DNA from: Bugula neritina | Taxonomy: Eukaryota > Animalia > Bryozoa | Length of the DNA stretch: 64,000 nt | Assembly: GCA_964035545.1 (NCBI GenBank) | Contig: OZ037766.1 | Coordinates: 28,565,673 to 28,629,672 of the forward strand | Direction: 5' to 3' | Shown here: positions 38,901 through 52,420 of the stretch, in pieces | Numbering within the stretch: position 1 is the first letter of the stretch | How the letters are laid out: the number at the start of each line of letters is the position of its first letter | Made by a program: the position numbers and the translations under genes | Notes under the pieces: model-generated | What the model saw: only the letters and a program-made list of their open reading frames with translations | Told to the model about the DNA's origin: nothing | The model's database searches: none

Positions 38901-41900
38901 GTAAAGACAATTCTTCTATTAAACTGTCATTAATATTGCACATCTGTTGTACATAAAGTTTATTTTTAGTCTACAACACAACGCTTTTTAGCCCTATTTG
39001 GCTATTCCACACACAAGGTATTATAATATCCTATCTGCAGATTTTACAGAAGTCTTTGCTAACTAACTTAAATAAGCTGCTAGTAAATATGGCATTATGA
39101 AATAGGGTCTCAAATAAAAGTTTAACTTGTCCCTGAAAGTAGAATTATAATTTGCGCACATTTGCTTGCTTGCACACGCACGCACGCACACACAACAAAT
39201 AAGTAATGCATATTTGAATAATCATGAAATATCTTCCCATATAAAATGTAGGTGAAGAAGTTGAAGAGGTCCATACAAAGACAGCTGGCACTTCCGTCAG
39301 CTCATCTGCCAAACAACGTAAAGGAAAACAAAAGTCAAGTCATCTGGGCACGAGTATATAACTTAATTATACAGTTGCTAAATTCAAACTACCATGAAGT
39401 TTAGTGTGGTGTATTATATAAGCAGTATTTATAGTTGTAATTGTCCTACTTTGACGTTTATACTGTTTTGTATAGTAACGAAGTATATGAACCAAAACTA
39501 ACCACAGTTTTATCCAAGTAGTGGCATTCCATGTATTTTATAGAAAATAGGTATAATACTGATGTAAGGTTACCTGCTCCCTTTTGATTTTACAAGTAAA
39601 TACTAATTATCCAATTTATGATGTATTCTATAGCTAACTAGCTGCAAGATCACATATTATTGCTACTATATTGTATGGCTTGTGTTATTCTTAGAAAACT
39701 ATATGCTTTAGAAACATATGCATGAATTGGTATATATGGTATATGGTATATGGTATGTGCGTGTGCGTGTGCGTGTGCGTGTGCGTGTGCGTGTGCGTGT
39801 GCGTGTGCGTGTGGGTGTGCGTGTGCGTGTGCGTGTGCGTGTGCGTGTGCGTGTGCGTGTGCGTGTGTGTGTGATGGCTAATATGTTAAGTGCATTAGTG
39901 ACTTTTTCGTATCATCTTATACAGCTTAGTCATATATTATTTTGGTAGAAAAACGTGAAGATACTCTATTCACTACATTGGAAGTTCCACGAGAGAAACT
40001 GACTTTAGAGCCGGCAGAAAAAGAGGAAGTGGATCCACTGTCTGATGATGATGACTACATGGAGCCGGCTGATGACCCCGAAGGTCACGATGTGCTCTTG
40101 AGACTTCCTGTAATACAAACCAGGAAAGAGCGCATTAAAAAACTTTTTTTCAACAACGAGAAGGTATATTAAATGTATTAAAAACCCAATAAGCTTTATC
40201 GAGTTTATTGTGCTATCCCTGCAAAACCCCTTAATGGAAAGGGTCTTTTTTAAAACAGGCTAAAACTTCACTGATGTGACACAGGAGCAATTATGACTGG
40301 ATGCTTTTCTTAACACCACCGCTGGTGTTTGAGCTCAACCATTGATTTGGTGATTACTAGGCCAACACTCTAACCATTACACCAAACTTGCCTTTTTTAA
40401 ATTTAATATTTGAATATAAACAATATGCAATGAACACTTAGTCAACATTCTTAAAACTTGATTAATACCAATTTTAGGTGTTTCTAATGACAAAGACCAG
40501 AGGGAGAGCATTGATAATCAACAATCAAAAGTTTGCTCACTCTCCAAAAAGACATGGCTCGAAAGCGGATGTTAAAAACTTGAAGTACATGCTCAAAGAA
40601 TTGAAGTTTGTCGTATCGTTATTTGAGAATCTTTCAGCAAAGGTACAAGTCATAATATTTTACTGTAAATATATTTAGAAACTATCATTTTTACAACAAC
40701 TATAAAATATTATAAAGATTTGGTTTTAAAATTACTTAAATTTGAATTCACAGTTATATAGCCCTAAATTTCAACATCTATGGGATGCTGTTTGCCTGCT
40801 ATAGTGCTTAAATCAAATATACCTGCTGAGCCCGTTTGCTACACGAACTCCATGCTTATGTATCTCTGAACTATGTTATACTTTTTCTTTTTTACGTTTT
40901 TCTTAGTTAGATTAGTATTAGAGAAGATGGGGGTCTTCACCAAGCTTAAGTATGCATTGCTGTTGCTGCTTGTTTCATGTTATCAATATGCGTTTTGGTG
41001 TCCCTAGCATGGTCAAGGTGTTCCAGGGCTTTGCATTCAAATAGTACTGCATCTGTATTTTACTACAGTTGTTTATGCCAACTTGATCAGGCTATTGCTT
41101 GATCAGTTTTGTTTGTGTACTATTGCAATTCTCATTTTTATGGAGCAGACAATTTCTTATTACATCATGGTTTTTATATAGAGTAAGTTTTAATAACTGG
41201 GAAATAGCATTTTGTACCCTCCTTAATATTAGTCTATGCTTGATTATTAATAGCGGTAACTTTGATAGTCAGCTGCTTTTTAAAAAAGGAACACCTCAGA
41301 GTTGATGGCCGCTTTTATAGACAAGTTTATTCTGTCACCCTATCGGCCATTGCAATTTCTTTAGTTGAATAGCAAACATTTTAGAAAGATAATCTGAGCT
41401 ATATATTTCATTCGTTTGTTTTTTAAACTATTTTATCGTTATATACTTTTGAACAGCTTTATCCCAGATTTATCATTAAGTTGTTTATTTTGCTTTAGAC
41501 ACAATATTTTAAGTTGATGCTTTATTAGAAACTGTGTTGTAGCAATTAATTTAAAATGTTTGATTTAAGAATGACATCTTATACACAAAGATATCAATAC
41601 CTATAAACGTTTTGCAAGTTAGTGATGGGTGCTGTTTTGAAGCATTGAATAAAAATTGTTACTTTTCCATAACTATCAACAGTTTATAAAAGTTTTATAA
41701 CATTTGTGGTCTTTGGCTAACATGCTGACCTATTAAACACAAAGTTAGTGGTTCGAGTCCTAGCACTAGTGGTAGTGTTAGGAAAACATCTAGTCAAAAT
41801 TGCTTCTGTGCTACATATGAATAAGTCCTTAGCCCAATTTAACAAAAACCTTTTTAATCAGTGGTTTTCACAGAGATAGCAACTATAAACTTGCATGAGT

Positions 41901-44118
41901 TTATAAGACTGTTACAAATTTGCAAGTCATTTTATAATTTCAGGACATGCTGCATGTCATCAGGAACGAGGTTGCCGACAAACGTCATGCAGACTACGGA
42001 ACATTCTGGCTCTTTCTCTGCTCCCATGGAACTGACTCTAACCACATCTATGGTTCCGATGATGTTCTGGTGAACATGAGAGATGTGTACGATTTACTTA
42101 CGGCTTGTAACTTTCCTGAAATGGCTGGTAAGCCAAAGATGGTTGTAATACAGGCTTGCAGTGGAGGTAAGCTTGCTGTTTTATACAAACAGAAGGAAAT
42201 AATTTGGATAAATTCAAATTCAGTTATGCAAAAGACATATTAAGATTTTTTTTTTTAAATAAAATAAAACAACTGTGAAATTTTTTTTCAAAGTGGTTTT
42301 AGTCTGTTAATCTAGGTTCAAATATAATATTTTTGTCATAAATATGTTTTAGACAGAATAGATGGTGGTGGTAAAGGAATCTACACATTGAGTAAAGAGG
42401 AGAGTTTAAGTGTATCTGAGAAAGGTTCACAGACGGTTGTTAGAGCTCTTACTATGCAACGTGATGGTAAAATGGAGAAAAAAATGGAGGGACTGAACTA
42501 CGATGATCTTCTTACTCTCAAGTCCAGCTTTGAGTGTGAGTATTTTGTGTTGCAGCTTTACTTTACAATGTGTAGCCATTTATATGCTAATTATATAATG
42601 ATTGTTCACCCACTTCTATCTGCACCTGTAATATATGCTGTGAGTCATTGTTACATATATGATATACACCATATACACTCTGAAATTTGAAGCTCAAGTG
42701 TGTTAATTAGTATTTAAATGAAGATATTATATTTTGAACTATAGCTGGACTAAATTCATTTACATGTATTACAAGAATGTCAAACATATTAGATGCACAT
42801 AAAAACATACACTGTTAACAGATGGTTATAAATATGTTTTTTTTAAACAATCATGCTGCAGTTGTATGCATTATAAAGCAAGTCTAATAGAAATGAGGTG
42901 ATTAAGTTTGTTTTAAAACTTACTGAGAAAAACTCCAGTTTGATTGTCTGATTTGTTGAACCATTTGATAAAGTTAAAGTTGAGCATATTTTTGGTAATT
43001 TTAAGAAATTATTACTTTTATGTGCAGGTTTAAGTTTAATTATAGGCATAACACACCAATAGGCAATTTTTTATTTAAATGATATATTGTGTAATTAAAT
43101 TAAATTTTAAAAATATAACATGCAAGAGAAATCTTCATATAAAATCAAAAGGCTATACCCTCTAAATTGCAGTTTTATTTTAATTTTTTCAAAGGGTATT
43201 GCAATCCTACTCTGTCTCAGAAAACCAAAAATTTTCTAAGAATTATTAAAATAAATTTTGTTGCTTGAAATTAACAGTATGTCATTGTTAATATGAATAT
43301 GGCTTTTTGAATAGATATCAAGTTATGTCTTAAACTTCCCCTTTTCCGTTGATCTGACAAAATATTATTAAAGTTTTGACCTCCCTTTTCATATGACAAA
43401 GTGTTAGCTACGTAAGGAGTAAAACAGTTTAGCATGTGGTAATATAAATGGATTTTATTTCAGCATTTGTATCCAGGAGACACCCAGTCTATGGCTCTCT
43501 GATGATACGGTGTCTGGTCAGGACAGTGTGTCTTCACGCCTGTCATCGGGATATGTACGAGATCTTCAGAATCGTAAGAATCTAGCATATTCTTTCTAAT
43601 TAATGTTAGTGCTGGGCCAGTACCAAGGAACATCTTTCTTAAAATCAGCTCAGCACTGTGATACAGAATTCATACTATTTTTAATTATACTGCATAATAG
43701 TTCATATAGGGTTGTAAGTACATAGAAACTTTTGAACTATTTCCTTTGGCATCTTTGGGAGATATGAGAGCAGACACCTAAAATATTGTAAATATGCAAA
43801 ACACATGATTGTTTAGCAAAAATGAAGAATATAGCAAAATTAAATCATCAAAATAAAATTTTGCAAAGCAATAAGTCATATTTTGATTGGATGTTTTATG
43901 GAAACTAATAAGCCATCTACCTTTTAGCTTGCTAAGATTTCTTTTCTATCATTAACTAATGATGATCTGTGTAGGTACAGCAAAGAGTGAGAAAATTCTG
44001 TATAAGAAGAGACCTTGAGTCTCGTCAGTTGCCAGTGGTTACAGATACGCTCAGTTATATGAGAAAGCTTTATCTCTTCCCTGGATACAATGGATCTCGG
44101 CTAGAAACCAAAAAGTGA
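30000..44118 (+). CDS. LRR-ROC-COR-caspase fusion protein (MFHAS1-like Roco core plus C14A caspase), about 1380 aa, 16 coding exons
   Basis: Exons: 30000-30033, 31440-31647, 32430-32570, 33503-33643, 34499-34639, 34993-35133, 35704-35844, 36499-38495, 38808-38900, 39252-39317 (or 39353), 39949-40163, 40478-40642, 41944-42166, 42353-42535, 43464-43573, 43975-44118. All GT-AG and phase-compatible. Motifs: GAAFAGKTS, DMGGQ, THKD, COR LTYMHDSGSLL..LYHHD, caspase RGRALIINN, CSHG, QACSG, VSRR, LYLFPG. Confidence 0.85.
32649..32985. mobile_element. 15-bp-unit MITE-like element, longest copy
   Basis: Tandem ggtaaaaatggcaca left arm, gggttt-rich centre, inverted right arm. Confidence 0.6.
34057..34460. 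repeat. Minisatellite: 8 identical 29-bp units followed by degenerate ~25-bp units
   Basis: tctaggtcatacccatgcaggtgatatta at 34057, 34086 ... 34260. Confidence 0.95.
34703..34773 (-). repeat. tRNA(Ala-UGC)-like dispersed repeat or pseudogene
   Basis: TGGTGTAATGG A box and GTTCGATTCC B box; anticodon stem pairs poorly. Confidence 0.6.
39756..39872. repeat. (GTGCGT)n microsatellite
   Basis: Direct reading. Confidence 0.95.
40210..40390 (-). mobile_element. tRNA-derived SINE (family A)
   Basis: Shares acaggagcaattatRactggatgc and the tail with 25605-25800. Confidence 0.65.
41705..41892 (+). mobile_element. tRNA-derived SINE (family A)
   Basis: GGTTCGAGTCC B box; core catctagtcaaaattgcttctgtgc; same tail. 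Confidence 0.65.
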
Positions 44119-45326
44119 CACCTTGATGACTACAAGAACATATCTACGGATATAGGCTTTGTTGAGGTTTTCATACCATTTAGTATTTTTAATTTTTGAA
44201 AGTTTAATTTTTTTATTTTATCTCAAAATAACTTTTTGCATGTCACAAACACATATTTTTTTAATAAGAAGAGATACAATTTTATTTAAATAAAGTATAA
44301 TTTATCGAGGTATCATGATGTCTTGTGAAATCTTAGCTCCTCTGTATTTTACTGATGGAACATCTTTTTTTCCTGTGCTATAAAATACATTGTTCTAATT
44401 CTAACATCTTTAAGAGATCTCATGCAACCTTTTGATTTAAAAACATCATTGCAAAGACATCTATCATCAAATCAGTACAGTAACCCATATAGCTGTTCCC
44501 TTACCAATATTGTTTTCTGTTATAAACAATGCATATGTTGATATCATGCACCATGTTAACAGATAGCTATGTTATGAGTATCTTTATCTGTAAAACACAA
44601 AATAGCATTCAATGGATATGACATAACACTGTAACTAGCAATAAGTTAAGTACACAAGTTTAAACTGTTGTTTGGCATTGCTTATTTTCTTACTTAGTTT
44701 TACTAAAAAAGCATATGCAGTAAGTACATACTATAATGTTATGTAAAGTATTAAGATCACGACAAAAAAGTAATAATTCTGTATTTATTATGTAATTATT
44801 AATAATTTTCTATACTTAATCAGATTATTCTACATGATCATGCATTTTGTAGTCAGAATAATATTATACTCTATTGAAAAAGAAAGCTAATATAACGTGT
44901 AAAATAGAAACATGCTATAGTTCGCTGAAAACAAAGCTCATAATTTTCACATCAATCACCCAGGAAATACTAATTGAAACGTCTCATATCTGCTCAAACT
45001 GTTTTAAAATAACATGACTTCATCTCCTTAAGGAGGATAATACTGATACAACAGCGACTTTGTTTAGACATATGCAAGATTGAAAGATTAATTTATCATT
45101 CACTCATGCGACGCCACGTTCATGAACATCTGCAATCACAAAAAGTCATTATCCAATCAAAACAAATTACTAATAGCCATGCTACACCAGTGGCTGAAGC
45201 TAGTAACACATTTCCAGGCTACTCTGAATTGATGAAAGCTTGACAAAAGTTCAAAACAAATAAAACCTGGAAGGAAATATATGCAGGCTTATTCTACTAT
45301 TACTTTTTAAAAAGTTGCTTGAAGTC

Positions 45327-48304
45327 ATGGGAAGTAAGCGAAAATACTTTTATCACAGCCAAAGAAAGAAAAAGAAGCTTATTTTAAACTTGCAAGGAAA
45401 GAAAGCCAAAGCTCAGCCCACACAGGAAAATGGTTTTGAAGGGGCATCAAGCACCTCCCCTAATGCGGTTAGTAAAGATCCTAAATTGTGTTTTAAATAT
45501 GGCTACTGTTGAGACTTTTCAATGAGAAGCTGTAGTTTAATGGTTAAAGCACTGACCTAGTAGATACTAGATCTTGTGTTCAAATCTTGGCAGGGCTATT
45601 GGTAATGTCAATAAGGGTAGTTATTATTACTCCAGTACCACAAAACACTCTCAATTCATGTTGCCTTAACAGTGAGAGATCTTAGTCTTAGCCCTTGCTA
45701 TTAGGGGCTCTCACAAGGGTAGATAGTTTAAACTAACATCCCTCAGGAAAGATGTACATATCTATACGTAAAATTATTTGCAAGGATAGTGGATGTTCGT
45801 TAGTCTCTAATGATATTTTTGGTGATTATCAAATGGTTGAATTACTTTTATAGCTAGGTTCATTAGTTCTGCACAAAGCAATTGCTCGGCTGCAGCATAT
45901 ATATTAACAATGGGCAGCTGACTTTATCCTAGTATAGCAGTAATGTGTAGCGCAGCAACATCCTAGCCAATAATTTTTAGTAGGTAATTATGCATCTAAA
46001 TTTTACATTTTTGTAAATATATCAATGAAATTAAAGCAACATGAAGAAGAGCTGGTAACCTTATACCTCCTTGCTAAGTGTTTCGTCTAAACAGCTCAAA
46101 ATTGTTTATTTTAATACAAATTATTGCTTTAAATGGCACTCAATAAAATATATTTAAGAAGCACTCTTGTAAGGTTAGTTATATCAATAAAAAGAAATAT
46201 ATTAGTAATTAAAGCTGTTTCATGGAATATAGCTTTAAACTTGTAAATGGTAATAACAGCACACCACTGGGTGTAACTTGTTTGGGTGAATTTAAATATC
46301 ATAATATGAGACATTTTCTTGGGCAAGAGTAATCATGAAACTCTTTTGAAAACAGAAAGTGAAACCTCTAGGAACTTTTATTGAAATAAAAAATTAAGAG
46401 ATTGAATAAAATTCCATGCTCATTGCAGAATAGAATTTAAATTTAAGCAAAGCTTTAATTGGTTTATGATTGTGGGTAATAAAATCCTGAATTAATAGGC
46501 ATGGCATCACCATTTTGTATTAAAATTTTTTACTGAATTGTTATAGGCTGATGCTGATGGGAATCAACTGGATAACAACTCTACAGGCACAAAAGAGTCA
46601 GTAATACTGACAAATGCGGCCAAAAATTCAAGTTTTCGAAAGATTAGTCTATATCGTTCTTGTACAGCTGGTATCACAAACACTGCTAGTGTTACTACTG
46701 CAGATATTAAAACAAGCCCAGATGAAGTTGAGGGTAATGATCAGTGTAGTGGATATAGAGTAGTGAGTTTGAAGTTTCTATCTGACCTGGTATCTGCTGC
46801 AGCTTGTCCTTCTTGTGGATATCAGAGGCTCGAATTTGCTGAGTCAGCAAAAAAGGGTCAGGCTTCCAAATTTTCGGTGACTTGTTCTGAGTGTTTAGAG
46901 TCTACATTTTCTGACTTTTCTTCTTCTTATGTTTCAAAAACAAAATGCCGATCACATGATATAAACTATAGATTTGTATTCAGCTGTAAGGCCAATGGGT
47001 TGGGGTATAAACAAGCAAGAAACTTCCTCTGTGACCTTAATACCTCCCCTCCCATTTCTTACAGTGGTTTCTCCACGGCCCTCAACTCTCTTTATGAGGC
47101 CAGTAACACTGCCATCAGTGAGCACTTTGCTCAGATTAGAAGCATCGTTAAGCAACAGTACATAAGAATGGGACAAGCTAGTTGTGATGCAGATGTTGTG
47201 AACATTTGTGTTAGCTATGATGGTACATGGCAGAAACGAGGTCATTCCTCTCATATTGGTGTAGGAGCTGCTATAGATTTGCTAACTGGTTATGTGCTTG
47301 ACTTTGAGATATTGTCAAACTTTTGTGCTGAATGTGAAAAAGGACCACGGAAAGATGATGCAAAATATGTTGAGTTTAGGAAAAAGCATGAAGGAAACTG
47401 TCACAAGAACTTCCATGGATCGAGTGGTATGATGGAGGTGGAGGCAGCTAAGCGAATCTGGGAGCGCTCTGTAACACAAGAGCTTCATTACATAACAATG
47501 TTGAGTGACGGGGATGCAAAGGCATATGAAGCAGTTTCAAAGTTGAACTTTTATGGTGATAAGAAGGTACTCAAAGAAGAGTGTGTCAATCATGTTTCTA
47601 AGCGATTGGGCGCTGCATTAGAAAAGCTTGTGGCAGACAGCAGAAAGCAGTCCATTAAACTTGGAGGCAAAAATGGATTAAACAGAGTATGCATTCAAAG
47701 GTTACAGACTTACTATATGAATGCTATTAAAAAGTACACAGGAAACTTAGAAGAAATGAAGAGAGAGATCATGGCTGCTCCGTATCACGTAACCTCAACA
47801 GAAGAACAAGCACAGCACCAGTTCTGCCCAGCAAATAGCTGGTGCAGCTACAAGAACTCAGATAATAAGGAGCCAGTCTTAAATAAACTTCCTCCATATT
47901 TTTTAGAATACCTACTTCCAGTGTATGAGAAGTTGTCCGAAACAAAGTTGCTTGGGCGCTGTCGTAGAGGGGCAACACAAAATGCAAACGAAAGTTTTAA
48001 CGGTGAAATATGGCGGAGATGCTCTAAAACAACATGGGTTGGCCCAAAATCTGTAAAAGTAAGTGCGAATTTTGCTGCCATTGTGTTTAACAGCGGCACA
48101 GAAGAGCTAATAAAAGTGCAACGAATCTTTGGTTTAGTAGACGGTGAAAATGTGTTGAGAAATGCTAAAAAAATGGACTCTACAAGAATGGCTCAAAAAA
48201 GAAAGTGTCCCATTGCTAGAAGAATAAGGAAGCAAAAGCAGATTAAAGAAAGGCAGAGACAAATTCAAAAAGAAGGTGTGGGATATGCTGCTGGCAAATT
48301 TTGA
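45327..48304 (+). CDS. DDE transposase of the Kolobok / Mutator-like type, 2 exons, about 632 aa
   Basis: Exon 45327-45467 (basic, NLS-like) splices in phase 0 to 46547-48304. Motifs: CPSC..CSEC zinc finger, SYDGTWQKRGH, GSSGMME, LSDGD, ECVNHVSKR, TQNANESFN. Element termini not found. Confidence 0.8.
45523..45735 (+). mobile_element. tRNA-derived SINE (family A) inside the transposase intron
   Basis: A/B-box head tagtttaatggttaaagc..gttcaaatc and the family tail. Confidence 0.55.
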
Positions 48305-51300
48305 GCTCACGCACTGATCAGGTTTAACAATTCTGATAAATTGCCTCTATAGCAGGCTTTTGCTTCCAAAGTTTCCAATTTGAAAAATTAATATCAACTA
48401 AATTAAGGTCACTATCACGTGTTGAAAAAACCTTAATTGGCATATTATGATGATATCAGTAAAAGCTGAACTTGATTTGAAAGTCTTCATCATATTCAAT
48501 TGCAACATGAAGAGTTGTGTGCTTAGGATTTTACAAACAATTGTTGATTAGATTTTAATTGTTGTGCTTATAGCTCTTCTCAAGGGTATATCTGACTGTT
48601 GATTTACTTTATAGAATAACAATAAAACTATTGCAGCATGCCATTCAATAATGAATAACTCTATGTATAAAAAGCACCTGAGGAGTACATGCATACACTG
48701 CCATCAATATGCATGGTGTGATTGTTGTGATGATTACGCAGTACAAAACATGCAGCTGTTAGCATTGCAATACATTTTAAAATGCCACATTTATTAACAC
48801 TTCTTTTAAACTCAACTAGGGTATAGTCGCATTGTATAAATTCATCAGTATTAGATCGATTTTATGCAAACTCAAATAAAAATTTACATAACAAACACTT
48901 AGTACTCAGAAAATGGGAGCCTCATTAATTTACATAATTTATCAATTTCAATATATTAGCATCTATCAATTTTAACTGTATTAACTAGTGAGGAAGTCTG
49001 CTCTCTAGCTTATGCTTAGAATCACTGCTGCACATATAGAAATAAGTATTGAGTTCGATTGTAACAGCTTGCTGGTCATACAGACAAAACACAAGCATAG
49101 CGAGTATATAAATACATCCTATGTTATATTAAAATCATGCAATCTACTTTATTAGCATCATATAACTATGCACAATTAACTTTATAAAAGTATTGTACCA
49201 TGCATGCTATGCAAATCATTATAATATATTCTGTGTTAAGTTTTAGTAGTTATTAGCTGAAAAAATTAAGCCCTATGTTTATATTTTTGCAATATAAACA
49301 TCTCATAAATGTTTGTATTTTCTACACAGCAAACATTTACTAGGATTGCAAGCCATTGCTGTTGAGCCAGCATTAGAACACCAAATTCAGGACTTCTCAT
49401 ATTTTAGTTTTATTGCAGTCTTATTTGCAGCATTGTTATACAGATTAGCTTTAGTCTGGCTACTAATAATCTTGCTTGGCCTTACTCAATGCTTTTCCTT
49501 TATTCTAGCACTTGACAGGTCCTGTCTGATCATTTGTTTCTTTGTCGAGTGGTTTTTACAACTACCATGACCAATAAATTCAAATAAGATGTTTGGTTTC
49601 GCAGTTGTCATGACCACATATGAATAAATTTAAATATAGTTATAAAGTCTGTGACAAGATTTGTGTCTGTCTTTAAATAAAACTTTACCTGGGGTAGATT
49701 AGTTATCTGTATTCACAGGTCTAGCTCCTATAATAAGTCTCCTAAGATTAACTTGAGAGTATTGTATAGTAATGCAAATAACTAGCAGGGTAAATTAACC
49801 AACAATAAATATTCTACTGTGATTGAATGCAAGAAAATATGAATATCTTTCACATTGTCAACTGTCAGGTGATATAATCTTTTAGAAGCTCGAATGTAAT
49901 TTGTTTGATGAAATATGTTTTTATTTTACATATATCTCAGAAAAGACCAATTTTTGGTAACTTACAAAGCTTGAATAAATGTTTCTTATTATAAAATTGC
50001 ATAACTTAGTAGGCAGTTCTACAATAACCAGTGCAAAGATAATTGTGTTAAGTTTTGTATTCATCATTTTGTAAAGATATGCAGACATCCCATTTATACC
50101 TTTTTAGAAAATATATAGATGGGTTACTTTTGAGTTGTCGACTGTGTTCTGGCATGGTTGTTGCGCAGCAGAATGTTATTATTACTTATAAGTACCATTA
50201 CAATTGTTGGCTTGATTTTACTATAATATTGTATATATTTAAGTTTATTTTGTGCAACAGACATAAGTAAGATAACCTGCTGTTTTATTCTAGGAGTAGT
50301 AGCCCTGCAGCTTATCTCACTTTAGTCTAGAGTTTTCACCACATATAGAATTAAATCTATAGAAGCGTAACCATTATGCAATTATAATAGATAAGTTTAA
50401 GGTGCATGAGTCAGTTTAAGTGTAATATCAACCATATCAAAATAATAATCTGCGTTGAGCTGAAATATAATGTGCACTGTTTAGATATTTATTGTTTATA
50501 ACTTTATTTCTTTTTATTTAACAAATCATATATTCATATAAATTACGAAGTTTTACAATTTTATATAATTACATTATGTCACTTGGTATATTATATTAGC
50601 CTACATCTTATGCAAAATTCTCTAATTTTGTTTTTACTATATCCATATAGCTTGTTGCAGCTGGTGTACTTCATTGGTGTGGTTAACTGCGTTCATAATT
50701 ATGACCCTTTTTCTGTTTTCAGCTATATTGACATTATTTTTATACTAACAACTAGTCTCTTGCAAAGAATAAAATATTCATACTGAAACTGTATTTCTGC
50801 AGATACCAAGTTAAACACTTGATAACAATGCTCAATTTAAACCAATAACAGCTGGCCAACATTATTTTGCCCTTATCCATAATATTGCAATCGGAAGACA
50901 AAATATAAAAGTGATGATTTCTAATTGATGATGTATTAGAGAGACGTAACTTTTTGTTAATTAGGTCAAGTTTGTTGACTGAACAACAGCTATTTCTATT
51001 TTAAAGGGCGATACAAGATATCAAACTATCAACTATTTTTTATTAACAGAATTGCGTTGGAAAAATTAATTGCTTTCCAGATCCAGTAACCACAAAGAAT
51101 ACAAAAAAATCAAGACTAAATAAGGCATCATTTCACGTGTGAGCTCCCAAGTGAACATTATAGAGTATGTTGCTTGACCGACATAATATAGTCTAGACGT
51201 AACCTCCAATTTTCTTTCACTCATTACACTCCGAAAGTTAGCCACGCTGATATTATCAGCTAAATTGAAAATAATATAGGCCTATACATTTTGCTAGTGG

Positions 51301-51589
51301 CTAGAATTTTGCATCTTCTTTTAGGAGTTGCATGCTCTAAGTTTAGCATGAGTATTATAATTACTGATTTAGCGAATGCGATAAATGCGTTTATACACTA
51401 GAAGTGGTTATAAAATAATGTCGCTGGCGAATTTTGAAGACAGTGGCCATTGAAATAATCATAATAATTATAATAATACTTGGCGCTTTGAAAGTGTTAG
51501 CTTTGTGAGCCATTACAGTTGTAATTATTTTTGAAGTATTGTTACCAACTATGAATTGCTTGCTATTATTGATTTGTTAATTTCCACAA

Positions 51590-52420
51590 TTCGTCTTACA
51601 GTTACTCTTACTCTTAGTCTTAGTCTTACTAAGAGTAAGAGTCTTAGTCTTACTCTTAGAGTTAGGGACATTTTCATTTTCATTTTGATTTTAATCTTTA
51701 AAAATAACTTAATAAGTAAACTGTTAAGTTATTGTTTAACTTTAAGTTATTATTATTTACAATAACTCTTACTTAAACTTTTACTAAAAGTTTTAGCTCA
51801 TAGAACTGAAATATTAATTGTCATTATAATTATGAAATCATAATCATTGTAATTGTGATTATCATATTTATATTGATCATGCATACAACTTTCATAATCA
51901 TGATCATAATGCCTAATGGTAATCATAAAATGTATTTGGTATTGCACAGTAATACTAATATTATTAGTATTACTATCAGTATCAGTATTACTATTAGTAT
52001 TACTGTCACTTGAGTATCAATCTGATAGTATGACATTCACATTGACTTTCACTTTCATCATCATAAAGGATAAATCATTAAATGATAATATGTTATTGTT
52101 AATCATCATAGTCACTGTCAGTCACCAGTGTAATTTTCATGGTGCTTATACTATTCCTTACAAAATTACATTGAATATCTGAAATTGGTGTGTTTATGAG
52201 AATCACGGTAATAATTTTTATGATTATAGTTTTAACTAATAATTTGTAATCATAATCATAATGACTATTGTGCTTATTTTTGTTAACCTAATGAGTAATG
52301 AGTGAAACTCAGTTAGTGTGGTGATGACTATCATTATGACCAGCAATACTATAATTATGGTTACACTAATAATAATAATGGTTGTGATAATTATCAAATA
52401 ATAGTGATCATAACAACAAT
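51590..52420. repeat. Degenerate low-complexity hexamer region
   Basis: Runs of cttagt, tcataa and agtatt variants. Confidence 0.6.

Noticed and set aside
39718-39948. VR-repeat ORF
   Set aside because: Translation of the (GTGCGT)n microsatellite.
45021-45040. ctccTTAAggag palindrome as a Kolobok terminus
   Set aside because: No convincing inverted partner or long direct repeat found downstream of the transposase.
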